A stretch of DNA of 64,000 nt from an uncultured Gemmatimonadales bacterium (GCA_963739455.1 CAVUAK010000001.1:544001-608000), one strand, 5' to 3'; counted from the stretch's first letter, positions 10,386 to 23,100 are shown. The notes: generated by a model from the sequence alone, not told the origin. Numbers and translations: made by a program.

Positions 10386-11325
10386 CTACTTTTTTCCGCC
10401 GGCCTCGAGACGGATCACCGCCATCATCACGTCCCCGACTGCCTGCAGGCTCTGTGCGCTCAGCTTGTCGGGCGTGTCGTCGATGCTGTGCCAGAGGCTG
10501 TTGTTGCTGCCGTAGGTGAAGTCGATCACGTCGATCGCGCGGATGCCCGCCTGCTGCAGCGGCAGGTGGTCGTCCACCATGGTCTGGCCCTGGTGTGGCA
10601 ATGAACACCTTCGAGTAGCCCGCAATCTTCGCGGCATCCCACACCCGCTCCACCACCTCCGGAGCTCCCAGCAGCGAGTTGCCTTCCTGGTAGATCTGCA
10701 GGTCCCGGTCGCCGACCATGTCGAGCAGGACGGCGAACAGCGGCTTCGGACCAGGCGCCTGGTTCTTCGCGTAGTATCGCGCGCCCAGCAGGGTCTCGGT
10801 CGAGTCCTCGAAGCTGCCGTAGTCCTCTCCATCGACGAAGAGGAGGTCGACACCGATCGCAGGAGGTGTCTTCTTCAGCGCGTCGGCCATCCCCAGGAGT
10901 ACTGCAACCCCCGAGGCACCGTCATTCGCTCCCGCGATGGGCTTCTTGCGGTCCGCGGAGTCGGCTGACCTCTCGGCGATCGGGCGGGTATCCCAGTGCG
11001 TCAGGAAGAGAATGCGATCGGGTGCAGACGGGTTGAACCGCATCATCACGTTGCGAAGCGAGAGCTTCTCACCCTTTGCGGTGAAGTTGACCCAGTCCTG
11101 GATGTAGACGGAGTCCGCTGTCGCATGGGCCAGTGAGTCGAGCCAGGCCGCCATCGCCGCGTGCCCGGGCATCCCCGGCACCCGCGGGCCGAAGGCCACC
11201 TGGGTTTCGACGTTGCGCATCGCCGCCGCGCCGTCGAACTCCCGGGGCGGCGCGGGACGCTGCGACTCGCATGCACCCAGGAAGACGAGCAGGGCCAGCA
11301 ACCCGGTCAGTCGGTACTGCGTCAT
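10386..11325 (-). CDS. M28-family lipoprotein, glutaminyl-peptide cyclotransferase-like (frameshift near 10595)
   Basis: Lipobox FLGA|C; HWDTRP, GANDGASGV, DGEDYG, LLDMVG, DDHLP, WHSIDDT motifs as in zinc-dependent type II glutaminyl cyclases; ATG overlaps the sprA stop. Confidence 0.8.
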
Positions 11326-14300
11326 CGATAGTCCCCTGCAAAGAGCGACAGGTTGAGCGAAGCGACCAGGAACAGCTGGGAGTTCTTCCGGTCCAGGCTC
11401 CGGAAGTCGTTCACGGTATACCCGAGCTGAAGGCCCGCGGTCAGGGTGGAGATGATATCGGTATCGATACTGCCGCGATACTCCTGCCGCCGCGTGTCGT
11501 TGATGACCTGGCAATCCAGGCTGGCGGCCCGGAACAGGCACTGGGTGGCCTTGGACACGACTACGCTGAAGGATGAGCGTGCCAGCTTGCGCACCTTGCT
11601 CAATGCGCGCGGCAACGGGAACGCATAGGTCAGGCTGCCGTTCAGGTCGGCCTGGTCCAGCAGCGTCAGCGCCCCATTGCTGGCCGACTGCTGCTTGAGC
11701 AGGCTCAGGTTGGTGGCCAGCGCCGATGCCGTTGCGAAAGGTGATCCCGAGCTCGGGGGAGACGTTCCGCGACTGGTTGGACACGACCGACACGATGGTA
11801 TTGGTGACCGGCTGGGTGGTCGAGCCCTGTCGCTGCCGGATGGTGGCGCCGAACGACAGCAGTGCGAACGGACCCCGCGAGAAGGGATGGCTGAAGCGGA
11901 CCTGCCCGGACGGCCATTCCCTCTGGTAGATCACGGCGAGACGCTGCGCGCCGCCGATGGTCTGGTACCGGTCGGTGGCGATCTCGCTGTACAGGGCCGA
12001 GATGGTCAGGCCGAACCCGAAGTCGAGCCCGGTCGCCAGCTGGGTGGCCACCGTCTGCGTTGCGCCGAGAGACGGGTTTCCGTCCTGGGTCAGGAAGTTG
12101 GACAGGCCACCAAGTCCCAGGATGTAGCCGAGGGATGGCTGGAAGACCGCGAGGTCATAGGTCGACGTACGCGTCGTGCGGCGAGTCACGTCGAGCGGCC
12201 GGAAGCGGCGGATCACGTTGCCCACGCCCGAGGAATCGCCCAGGATCTGCCGGATTCCACGGGCATAGTCGATCGAGAATCCCCACTCATAGGCGCGCAG
12301 GTTGGAGAAGGTCTGCGGCAGGATGAAGGCGCCGGAGTCGCCGTCTGCCCGCACGAGCTGGCGGCTGTTGAGGTAGCGGCTGAGCACGAAGTTGCTGGTG
12401 GTCCCGAATCTCGGCCGGAACCAGGAGGCGATCCTGGGCGCGATGAGCAGGCTGGTGGCCGAGGTCCGGTCGCGCTCCACGCCGACGTCGACGCCGAGGA
12501 GATCCTGGCGCTCGGCCGTGGCCAGTCGCGCCTGCGGCAGTCGAGTCGCCGTACTGGCGCAGGTCGCGCGAGCTGGCCACGTCGGCGGTGAAGGTCAGCA
12601 TGCCGAGCGGCTGCCAGGTAAGGCCGGCCGAATTCCGCCACACGTAGTTGAGGGCCAGTGCGGGCGCCACCGACGCGTCGATGGGGCGCTCGACCGGCGA
12701 AACGTACGAGTAGAAGTAGGTCTGGTCGCGGGCCAGCCCGCTTCGCAGGCGAAGACTTGTCGGAAGGAGCGTATACGACGCCGTCTTGAGGCTGTTGCCG
12801 AAGTCGCTCTCCCGCATCCAGGTGGGGAGGCTGTTGACCAGGTTGTTCAGGTGGATCGGCGTGCCGCGGCGGCGTGACGGCGATGGTGTAGTTCAGGGCC
12901 GCGTTGTAGTTGTCCGTCGTCGTCCGGGAGAGCTCCGTCTGCCCTCGCCCGCGCACGTAGCCGCCGGTGAACGCCAGCGGATCGGCGAGCATGCGCATCA
13001 GCGGACGTGCTGCCGCGAGCCGAGCGCCGCACCAGCAGGCTGATGCTGCCGGTATTGGTGTTCGGCTTGCGCAGGCCCGGCAGGGCATCCGCGATGATGT
13101 CGCTGCCCGTGAGCAGCTGCGGGTCCACCTTCGTCGCGGCGTAGGTCAGGTTGACGGGAATGAGCAGGCCCACCGACGTCGGCAGGAAGCGATCGACGCG
13201 GATATTGCCCGACGTCACCAGCCCGCCGGTGGTACGGAAGCTTGGCTGGGCTCCGAGCTGGCGGAATTGCCCGTTGACGCTGGACATGAGGAAGGTGAAG
13301 TCGAATACGTCACCGGCCGCGAGCCGGGCGTCGAGTGCCCATGCCGTGCCCATGGTGGTGATCGGTTCCGAGAGCCGTACGTCGTCCACCCAGAGCTCCG
13401 TCGAGTCCGACACACCGGCCGCGACACGGATGATGCCGGTCGGACAGGCCCTGCGCCGCCGCAAGGTTGGGTGGATTCACGTTCGGGCTGAGGATGTGCA
13501 CGATGTACCCGCCCTGGCAGGCGACATACGCGAGGGGATCGCCACCGCACACATCCGCCCCTGATGGCGGCAGACCCTGTTCCACCTGCGACTCGATCTG
13601 GGCCCGGAGGTTGGCCCAGATCTGCAGGTCGACGGTCACCTCGGGGTTCCACGCCTCTTCCTCGCCGATGCTGTGCAGCGGTGTCTGGTACATGTAGAAG
13701 TTGTCGGCGTCGCTTTCCACCTTGATGTAGCCAAGCAGTCCGCCGGTGTCCCAGTCCGGCAGGTTGTGGCCACCGCGCATCCACACCCGCAGTTCGCCGA
13801 TACGACAGGAACCGCTGGTTGCCGGCCGGAAACCGGAAGTAGGCCTCCGCGCGCGTCCCCTGGGTCAGTTGCCGGGCGACGATTCGAAGCGACTTCTCGT
13901 CGATCTGGGCCCCGTTGTTCTTGGCGCCAGCGTTGGGATCCTGCAGGCCCACGATGACGCCGGGCGGCGGCACGTACCCGAGGTTCTTGTCGAGCGTCGA
14001 GACCACGGACACCACCACGCTGCCGGTGGGCTCGGCCGTCGAGCCGGCGATGCCCGCGATCGGCGCCGGTGCGCGCGCGAGCCAGGGTGCGCCGACGAAC
14101 GTCAGGCGCGAGAGGGCCAGGCGCGCCACGATGTCGTCGAGCGCCGGTGGCGCCACGAGCGTGATGCGAAGGGCCTGGACCAGCCGGATGTTCGGCGTGC
14201 CGATCACCGCGGTGGGCGTGCGCAGCGGAACGCGGTACAGGGTCCAGCCCGCGCCGGTGACCGGGTCCGTGACGCCCTTTCGCACCACGTACTGCGTGTC

Positions 14301-17300
14301 GGTCAGGCTGACCACGTACCGGTTGACGTTGTCATTGGGCCCCTGGGCATTGAGGATGTTGTCGCCGTTCAGGTCCTCCGTGTCGAGGAAGCCGTTGCCG
14401 CGCGTGCAGCGCGCGCTGAGGTCACCCCAGGGAAAGACCTGCACCGAGGTGCCGAGCACCGTCTGGCACAGCGGAAAGGCAGGGTCGATGTCCAGGTTGG
14501 GCAGCACCATCGGCGGGATATCGCCGAGGATGCCGATGTCGTCGTCCTGTGCGTTGAAGATGCCGTTCGACTGTCGCTCCGTGTTGAGCACGCCCGACGC
14601 CCACGTACTGGCGCCCCACGTAGGTGGAGTCGTTGCCCTCCACCCTGAGCGTGTCCGGTGCCACGCCCACCGCGTCCTCGCTGACCTGGCCCAGGTCGAA
14701 CACGAGGTTGACCCCGGCATTCTCCGCGCTCTTCGCGGCGTCGTTGTACAGCCAGAACTCGATGTAGGTGTTGGACGTGAAGTCGACGCCAACGGTGCTG
14801 AGGGCGGTCTGCATCGAGCGCCATCGCGGTGTGTTGGGGCGCGGTGGCTGGGTCCACTGTGACTTGTTGTTCTGCTGGACGACGCCGCCGGCGGTGTCGG
14901 CGTGCAGCGTCAGGTACATCACCGTCTCCGGTACCTGGGAGCGGCCCGCCGTCACGATGTTCGGGTCGATGTTCTCGGGAAAGAACTGCACGACGCCGCC
15001 GTCGGGCCCCGGAATCAGGTTCTGCCAGATCATCTGCACGGCGTCTGCCGTGTCGAACGTGGCGCCGAACCCGAGAGTCGGGTCAAGGCCGGCGGTGGAC
15101 TGCGGCACGCTGCCGTATTGCCACACGGCCGCGCCCAGGCTGACCGCCGTTCCCGATACGCCCTCGAATTCCTGGAGGTACGCCTGCCCGGTGCGGTTCG
15201 GGTCCGGGCGCGTGAGGGCAAACTCCCCGTTGATGTCGAGGAACGCCTCCGACGACCCGTTGCGGTTGGTGATGGAGCTGACCAGGCGGCTCAGCGCCGT
15301 GGGCCTGAAGTGCAGGTCGGTGTTGACGCCGGCCACAAGGTTGGCGCTGGCCTCGAAGCCCAGTGCCGGGCGCGCGAACGCCGAGCTCTCGCGCTGGTAG
15401 ATGCCGACGAAGTTGACGCCGCCGGTCCGGCCGAGGTCATAGTGCGTGGTGAGGCCGAAGATCGACGTCGGCGCCACGGCGAAGATGCCGCGCTCCTCGA
15501 ACTGCGCCGTGATCTGCGCCACCCCGCTGCCGAAGAGCGCCTCGGGATTGAGGAACGTGATCAACCCGGTTTCGTAGGCGATGGTGTAGTCGGTGCCGCG
15601 AAGCAGCAGCCGGCCGCTGAGGTAGAGTTTTTCCGAGCCCTCGAGGATCTGCAGCGCGTTCAGGTTGAGGGAGGAGCGGTCGCCGGCGCCGCTGGAGTTG
15701 TATCGCAGCCGGAACAGGAACTTGGTCGGCGGACCCTGCGAGAAGAGCAGGTACACTGGCGTCTGGTACAGCGAGTCGGTGAGTTCCGTCGGTCCCAGCA
15801 CGGCCGGGTTCGCGAACGGCTTGATGTTGGGAAACGCCAGGAACGATTCGTGAATGAGCAGGTCGGCCCCGGGGTCGCGCGCCCGCGGGAAGAGCCGGTT
15901 TTCCCAGTCGAAGGTGTTCTCGTCCGTGGGAATCGACAGGCCGAGTGCACTCAGGTACGTGGTGAAGCTCGACGGCGGGAGCGGCCGCTCCGAGCGGTTC
16001 ACCGAGAGGTCCACCTTGAGCGACGTCGGGTCGAGGTCCTGGCCGGCCACGCGGTAGAACTGCCGCATCTCGTGATGGAACGACGGCTGGTCGCTGCCCA
16101 CCAGCGGCTCGACCAGCATCCGGAGCGTGTCGACGGAGGCGCAGGTCGTGCCGGCTCCCGGCTTCGGCTGGCCGGGGAAGCTGCCGACGAACGTGCCGTC
16201 TTCCGTGACGTAGCTGATGGCGATGTAGTCGGCCCGGAGGTCCACCCGCTGGGACATGGCGATCCAGAGACCCGAGGGATCGGTGTAGTAGTCGGCGCCG
16301 AGCACCAGCAGCTGCCACGGCACCGGGCCGAAGGTCTTCCCCGCTGCTCCCTGGAAGGCGCAGGCCGGAATGCCACCGAGGTTCGGGTCCACGCCTCCCG
16401 TCAGCTGCGGCACGCGGTACCGGTACACGCGGAGCTGCGCCGGCCGGACGCTGGGTGACACCGTCAGCGTGTCGAGGCTCAGGGCATCGATGGCGGGATA
16501 GTGCGGCAGCGTGCGCGGATCGACCGTCCAGTAGAAGCGCCCGAACTCGAAGTCGAGGTCGCGCTGGCTGCGATCCTGCGGCGTCGCGACGGCCTGCCCG
16601 ATGGTGAAGGTCCGCTCGGCGATGGCACTGCCCTTCTGCGTCGCGGCCAGCACCTGCATCTGCAGTTGCCCGACCTCGAAGAGGGCGTTGACGCCGAAGT
16701 TGTTCGTGGGAATGGAAGCGGTGAGATAGCGCGAGGAAGGAGGCCGGAACACGACGGTGCCGACCTCGACGCGTCGGATCGGCTCGTCCTCGAGTCCCTC
16801 GTAGTACACCTGGATAATGTTACTATTCGTGAAGTCGCGCTGCGTGTCCCAGTCGACGTTGACACGAAGCCGCCGCCCGATCACGCCGCCGGAACGGATG
16901 GTCATCTGGTTGTCGAGCCGCGGCCCGTTGATGTCGCCGCGACAACCACTGGATGGATCACTGAGCGATGCCGGCGTGCATCGCAGGTTCTTGAGCCGGT
17001 CGGCGCGCAGCTCGAGCCGGATGTTTCCGTCGAGCGTCAGGTCCACGAGGTTGCGGTTGATCCCGAAGAGGCCCTTCCTCTGCAGCGCCGCCTCGGCCGA
17101 GTCAGCTGCCTCCTGACTCCCACCGTACAGGCTGATGAGCACCTGGTTGCTTGTCCTGGCCCCCTGGGAGGAATCGACGGCGGCGTTGAGGCTCGACTGC
17201 CATGCGTTCGCCGTGGCGCCAGGAAGCGGTCGTGGACCAAGGGCCCAGGGCTGCTGATACTGGGCCGGCGTTCGCAGCACGAGCGGTGGCGCTCCGAGCT

Positions 17301-17424
17301 TGGCGCTCACCCCGACCCCGGCCACCAGCGTCGTGTCGGCGGGCGGTGCAAGGGAATCGGCTTGCGCGGCAGCCAGGGCTGGACTGAGGGCGAGGACGCC
17401 AAGAGCCAGGAGAAGGCGCGTCAC
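11322..17424 (-). CDS. sprA: SprA/Sov-like T9SS outer-membrane translocon, about 2000 aa, broken by about 7 single-base frameshifts
   Basis: Joined ORFs 14422-17424, 13215-14792, 13310-13786, 12847-13464, 12287-12817, part of 10321-12480 and 11322-11615. SprA-like motifs YEGLEDEPIRRVEVG, GSEKLYLSGRLLLRGTDYTIAYETG.ITF, DTEDLNGDN.L, W.LYRVPL, ELWVDDVRLSE; signal peptide; beta-strand C-terminus. Confidence 0.8.
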
Positions 17425-17526
17425 GCTCAGGAGGCCGCTGCGATCGTCATAAGTGGTTTGGATTCCAGAAGATAACTCCCGGTCACGGGCCCATCAACCA
17501 AGCCAGGAGCCCTCCCAGACACCCCC

Positions 17527-19065
17527 GTGCGCGTCCTCTCCAGGTACCTCCTGCGCCAGCTGGCGCTCCCCTTCCTGTTCGGCCTGCTCGCGCTGACCGG
17601 CGTCATGCTCCTCAACCTGATTGGGCGGAAGTTCGGCAGCCTCGTCGGGAAGGGCCTGCCCTGGTCGGTCATCGGCGAGGTGTTCCTCTTGAGCGTGCCG
17701 TTCCTGCTGGCCATGACCCTGCCGCTCGCCGTGCTTGCCGCGACGCTGTATGCGTTCAGCCAGCTGGCGAGTGACAGCGAGATCACGGCGATGCGCGCTG
17801 GCGGCGTGAGCACGGTAGGCATGCTGCGCCCGGTACTGGCGTGGGCGGTTGTGATGGGCCTGGTCACCTTCGGCTTCGTGGATCAGGTGCTGCCGCGGAG
17901 CAACGCGCGACTGCGGAATCTCTACTTCGATATCGCCAAGAAGAAGCCCACCTTCTCCATGGTGGAGAACGTCATCAACAAGGTGCCGTCCTCCCAGTAT
18001 TTCCTGCGGGCCAGCCGGATCGACCCCGGCTCCGGGCGGCTCCGGAGCGTGTCCATTTATGACGTCGGCCAGGCCGAGCGACGGCGCATCATCTATGCGG
18101 ACAGCGGCCTCATGGGCTACACCCCGGATGGTCGCGACCTCGTCCTGAGGCTCTTCCACGGTTCCGTCCAGCAGGTCACCTCTGCCGACCGGCCGGCGTT
18201 CGAGCACACCACGTTCGCAACGCAGGAAATTGTCTTCAAGGACGTCTTCGACCAACTCGAACGGAGCGAGGACCAGTTGGATCGCGGCGACCGGGAAATG
18301 ACGAGCTGCGAGCTCATGGGGGTGGTGGACAGCGCGCGCCAGGAAATCCGCGACGCGAGGTCCCAACGTGCGGAACTTACCCGTTCCGATCTCCAGATCC
18401 TGCTGGGACGGCCCCCGGAACCTGCCCCTCCCCCCGCCTACACGGCAAGGCGAGGGGAGTATCGGGGCGCCTATTGCGGCCTCCTGGCGGCGGTTTCGGG
18501 GACCGTCAGGAGGGGGACGGCGAAGCCTGGTGGAACCGCACAGGACACCACGGTTGCGGCGCCACCAGAGGTCCCTCGGGCCGCCTCGGGGCCCGATACA
18601 GCCGCCGTCCCCGCCCCCAGCGTGGCGGCCACCGCCCGGCTCAGCGACAACGGCACGGTCGCCTCGGTGAAGGACCGCGAAATGAACGCCGCGCGCCGCG
18701 CCAATCGGTACCGGGTCGAGATCCACAAGAAGTGGTCGCTGAGCTTCGCGTCGATCCCGTTCGTCCTGATTGCGGTGGTCATGGCGCTGCGCTTCCCCCG
18801 AGGGGGCATGGGGCTCGTGCTGGGCGGCGGCATGTTCGTCTACGCCGTCTTCTACGTAGGCCTCACCGCCGGCGAGACGCTGGCGGACCGCGGCTACGCT
18901 TCGCCGGCCCTGGCAATGTGGTCGCCCAACATCGTCCTCGGCGCCCTCGCGCTGATCGGGCTCCTGCTGGTCCATCGGGGCGGCGGGCTCGTCCCGCGGC
19001 GGAGAGTTCCCGGACCTGCTGCGCCCCTTCCGGCGTCGCAAGGTGGCTCCCGCCGGCGCCGGTGA
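17527..19065 (+). CDS. lptF: LPS export permease LptF (YjgP/YjgQ family); C-terminus possibly frameshifted
   Basis: MRVLSRYLLRQL, LPLAVL.ATL..FSQLASDSEITAMRAGGVS, EIHKKWSLSFA. Confidence 0.85.
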   Translation: MRVLSRYLLRQLALPFLFGLLALTGVMLLNLIGRKFGSLVGKGLPWSVIGEVFLLSVPFLLAMTLPLAVLAATLYAFSQLASDSEITAMRAGGVSTVGMLRPVLAWAVVMGLVTFGFVDQVLPRSNARLRNLYFDIAKKKPTFSMVENVINKVPSSQYFLRASRIDPGSGRLRSVSIYDVGQAERRRIIYADSGLMGYTPDGRDLVLRLFHGSVQQVTSADRPAFEHTTFATQEIVFKDVFDQLERSEDQLDRGDREMTSCELMGVVDSARQEIRDARSQRAELTRSDLQILLGRPPEPAPPPAYTARRGEYRGAYCGLLAAVSGTVRRGTAKPGGTAQDTTVAAPPEVPRAASGPDTAAVPAPSVAATARLSDNGTVASVKDREMNAARRANRYRVEIHKKWSLSFASIPFVLIAVVMALRFPRGGMGLVLGGGMFVYAVFYVGLTAGETLADRGYASPALAMWSPNIVLGALALIGLLLVHRGGGLVPRRRVPGPAAPLPASQGGSRRRR

Positions 19066-19069
19066 CCCG

Positions 19070-20147
19070 ATGATGCGGTGGACCCTCCTCGACCGCTACG
19101 TGTTCCGGAACTGGCTCCGCCTCTTCCTGCTCACGATCCTGGGCTTCCCCATTGTCGCGACGCTCATCGACCTCACCGACAACCTGAAGAAGCTGCTCGA
19201 CCGCGGAATTCCGTTCGGTGGGATCGCGCTGGGCTACGTGTACCTGCTCCCCGAGAAGATGTTCGAGATCATCCCGGCGGCGGTGCTGGTCGCGACGGTC
19301 TTCACCGTGGGCACGCTCGGGCGCCACTCCGAACTCACGGCCGCCAAGGCAGGGGGCATCAGCTTCCATCGCTTCGTGCTGCCGATCTACGTGGGCGCGG
19401 TGCTCGCGGCGGGACTGTGCCTGGCACGTCGAGGAACTCGCGCCGGCCATGACGGAGAGGAAGGTCCAGATCCACGGCGAGCGAGCCGGCTCCCGCGGAC
19501 AGCGATACAACTTCGTCTACCGGGCAGAGCGCGGGTGGGTCTACACCGTGCGCACGCTCGATTCACGAAACAACCGACTCACCGACGTCGTGCTGACACG
19601 GCAGGGCACCGGCCAGAACTATCCGTCGCTCGCCATCACGGCGGACAGCGCCACCTGGGACAGCACCGGCTGGCGCCTGTGGGGAGGGTCGAGCCGGGCC
19701 ATCGCAAACGGGGCGGAGCAGGCCAGCTTCCGCTTCCGGACGATGCGGCTCCCGACGATGAGGGAGCTGCCGTCCGACCTGCTGGCAGAGCCACGACGGC
19801 CGGAAGAGATGCGCTATGCGGAACTGGGGCGGTACATCGACGCGGTGGAGCGCTCCGGGGCCGAGGCCGGCAAGGTGCGCGTCATGCGAGCGCTCAAGCT
19901 GGCCGTGCCGGCGACGTGCATCATCATCGCGCTGTTCGGGGCGCCGCTGGCCATGACGTCGTACCGCGCCGGCACCGCCATCGGCATCGGCATCAGCCTC
20001 GCCACCACGATCGTCTTCCTGCTGCTGGTGCAGCTCTCGCAGGCGCTCGGTGCCGGCGGGTTGGTCAAGCCCGAGGCTGCCGCATGGCTGCCCAACACGG
20101 TCTTCGGGGTCGCCGCTGTCGTCCTGCTCCTGCGCGCCCGGACCTGA
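19070..20147 (+). CDS. lptG: LPS export permease LptG (frameshift near 19425)
   Basis: LLDRYVFR, LGRHSELTAAKAGGIS, PEEMRYAEL, KLAVPATC, AAWLPN. Confidence 0.85.
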
Positions 20148-23100
20148 CTAGAAGCCGAACCTCCACTTGGCGCCAAGCTGCATCGTCCAGCGCGACTGGC
20201 GCTGGCTGTAGACCGTCCGCTCCACCACTGCCGGCTGGGTGAATCGATAGATCGGCCGGTTGTTGGCGTTGTCATAGCCGGCGACGCTGAGGAATGCCGG
20301 CCCCTCCTCGAACGCGCTCACCTCCTTGTACAACCCCCAGTTGCTGCTCAGGAAGTTGAGGAAGTTGAACAGGTCGAGCGTGAGCTCGATGCCCGAGCCC
20401 TTGACCTGCGGCGTGGTCCAGCCGACCCGCAGGTTGAAGTAGTTCTGCCACGGGTTGCGGCAGGAGTTGCGCTCGAGCATGGCACCGCGCGACGCCGCCA
20501 GGCACTTCTGGCTGCTGATGAAGTTCTGCAGCGAGTCGTACGCCGCGGGGTTGGTCAGGGTGATCTGCCCGGGATTGCCGGGTACGAACACGAGGTCGTT
20601 GCCGGCGATACCGTCGGCGTTCGCATCGCCCCTGGTGCCGCCGGGACCGGAGTTGATCACCCATCCATACGGCGTGCCGGAGAATCCGGTGTAGAAGACC
20701 GAGAAATCGAAACCGAGCGGCAGGCTCACCATGCCGGTGAGCGTCACCTTGCTCGGCACATCGAAGGTGGACGTGGTGACGGCTCGATCGGCGATGGTGC
20801 CGGTGCCGATCGACGCGAACTGGTAGTTCGAGAAGGCCTGGCTCGACGTTGCCGAGATCTGGTCGGTGGTGCGGGAGAGGGTGTAGGCTGCGTCGAGCGC
20901 GAAGCGGTTGGAGAACGACTTGTGCACCTGGATCGTGCCTGCAAGCGTCTGGCCCAGCGACGTGTTGGTGTGATACACGGCGTTGGTGACCGCCGTCGTG
21001 CGTCGCGTGACCGTCGCCGCCCCGTTCGCGGCATTGAACGTTCCATAGATGGCCCGGCCCTCACTGGAGAAGGTCGGAGCCTGCGGAATGTTCGTGTCCT
21101 GGATGTAGATCTGGTTCACCTGCTTCGAGTAGTAGCCATCGAGCGTCAGGATGAAACCGCCCGGCAGGCGCTGGTCGAAACCGAGTGATGCCCGGAAATT
21201 CTGCGGATACTTGAAGTTCGGGTCGAAATAGTCCACCTCGCCCGCGACCGCGGTCGGCGTGCCGGTGCGGCAGGCACTGGGCTGTGCCGCCGGGTCCACC
21301 GTGAAGTCCGGCGTGTCGGCACCGGTGCAGGTCACCTGGACGTAGTCGGCACCGGTGTTGGTGAACGAGTTCGCGAGCCACACATACGGCGGCCGCCCCG
21401 AGAATACGCCCACGCCACCGCGGACGATGCTGCGCGCCTGCCCTGACACATCCCAGTTGAAGCCAAGCCGCGGGGACCAGAGGACGTTGGCGTTGGGAAA
21501 GTCCCCGGTGTTGATAGGGAGGTTCGGGTCATTCACCAGCGCCGGGTTGGTGCGCGGACTGTTGATGAGCGGAATATCAGCCCGAATGCCGACGGTGAAG
21601 GAGACGCGCTCGGACGGCGACCACTGATCCTGGGCGTAGAGGCCGAACTGCTGCGCCCCGATCAGCGCGATCGGTCCCTTCGGCTGGAGCGGAGTCGGGA
21701 TGCGGCGCTGGAAGGCCGACGGCGTGCCCGCCGCGAGGCTGTCGAGGCTGCTGAATGACCAGACACCGATGCTGGCCTGGAAGAAGGCATTGTCGAAACT
21801 GAAGAACTCGTTCTGGGTGCCCACGGTGAGCCGGTGTGCGCCGGTGCCGAACGAGAGGTTGTCCGCGAACGAGAAGATGTTCTGGTCGAGGCTGTTGGTC
21901 TGGGAGAAACGCTCCGCACCGGCGGCAAGCCAGGACGTGGCCGCGCCGATGTTTCCCACCGCGGCGAGGATGAGTGGCACCTCTTCCGGCAGGTCGCGGG
22001 AGTCACGCACCAGCTGGTAGCCCGTGAGGAACTCGTTCGACAGGCCGCCACCGAACTCGGCGACCCAGCGAGCGCGAAGGGTGTTGACCTTGCCGACCTG
22101 GGTATAGCCACTGTTCGAGAGCTGCCAGCCATCGCGCATGCGGCCGGTGATCGCGACGCCCGTCGGGTTGCGGATGTACGAACCGAGGTCGGCGTCGGCG
22201 TAGTTGTAGGACAGCTCGAGCTGGCTCGACTCGCCGGTGTTGAAGGTGAGCTTGCCGAACAGGTTCATCAGCGGGTTGTCGACGTTCGGGGTGCTTCCGT
22301 CGCCCGAGTTGGTGATGCCGTAGCCGCCCAGGATGTCCGCGAACTCGTTCACGGTGGAGTTGGTGAACCCGGTGTTCGCCAGGTCCGTCGCGTCGTTGCC
22401 CGTGAGGTTGAACGGCGATGCAAACGCCGACGTGCGGGACTGGACGTCCGCCGACACGAAGAAGTGGACCTTGTCGGTGAGGATCGGCCCGCCGAGCGTG
22501 CCGCCATACTGCCAGATGCTGAGGCTGGTGAAGGTCGGGTCGTCGCGATACCCCGCCAGGTTCTTGCTCTGGCGGAACACAAAGGCGGAGCCGATGAACC
22601 GGTTCGTTCCCGACTTGGTAATGCCGTTGACCATGCCGCCGGCGAAATTTCCCTGGCGCACGTCGTACGGAGCCACCATCACCTGGAACTCCGACACCGC
22701 CTCGATCGAGATCGCCCTGGCACCCGACTGGCCGCCCGGGACACCCGACGCCGCCAGGCCGAAGAGGTCGTTGTTGACCCCGCCATCGATCTGCAGGTTG
22801 TTGTATCGGTTGTTGTTCCCCGCGATGGAGGTGCCCACCGCCTGCGGTGTGGCACTGATCAGGTCGTTGAAGTTTCGTCCCTGCAGCGGTAGTCCCTGGA
22901 TGGCCGTGTCACCCAGCACCTGCTGGGGACCGGTGCGGCCGGCATCGAGCAGCGGGTTGTCGGCACTGGCCGCCACCTCGATCTCCTGCAGCTGCACCAC
23001 CGTCGACTTGAGGGCCACGTCACGGGTCTGGCGGGTGCCCAGGCCGAGCGTCAGGCCTTGCTGCACCGAGGGCAGGTAGCCAATGGCACGCACCGTCAGC

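Noticed and set aside
10321..12480. 719-aa ORF that looks like a barrel-peptidase fusion
   Set aside because: Artefact of a frameshift near 11720 joining the SprA C-terminal part to the M28 gene, which has its own lipoprotein signal at 11325.
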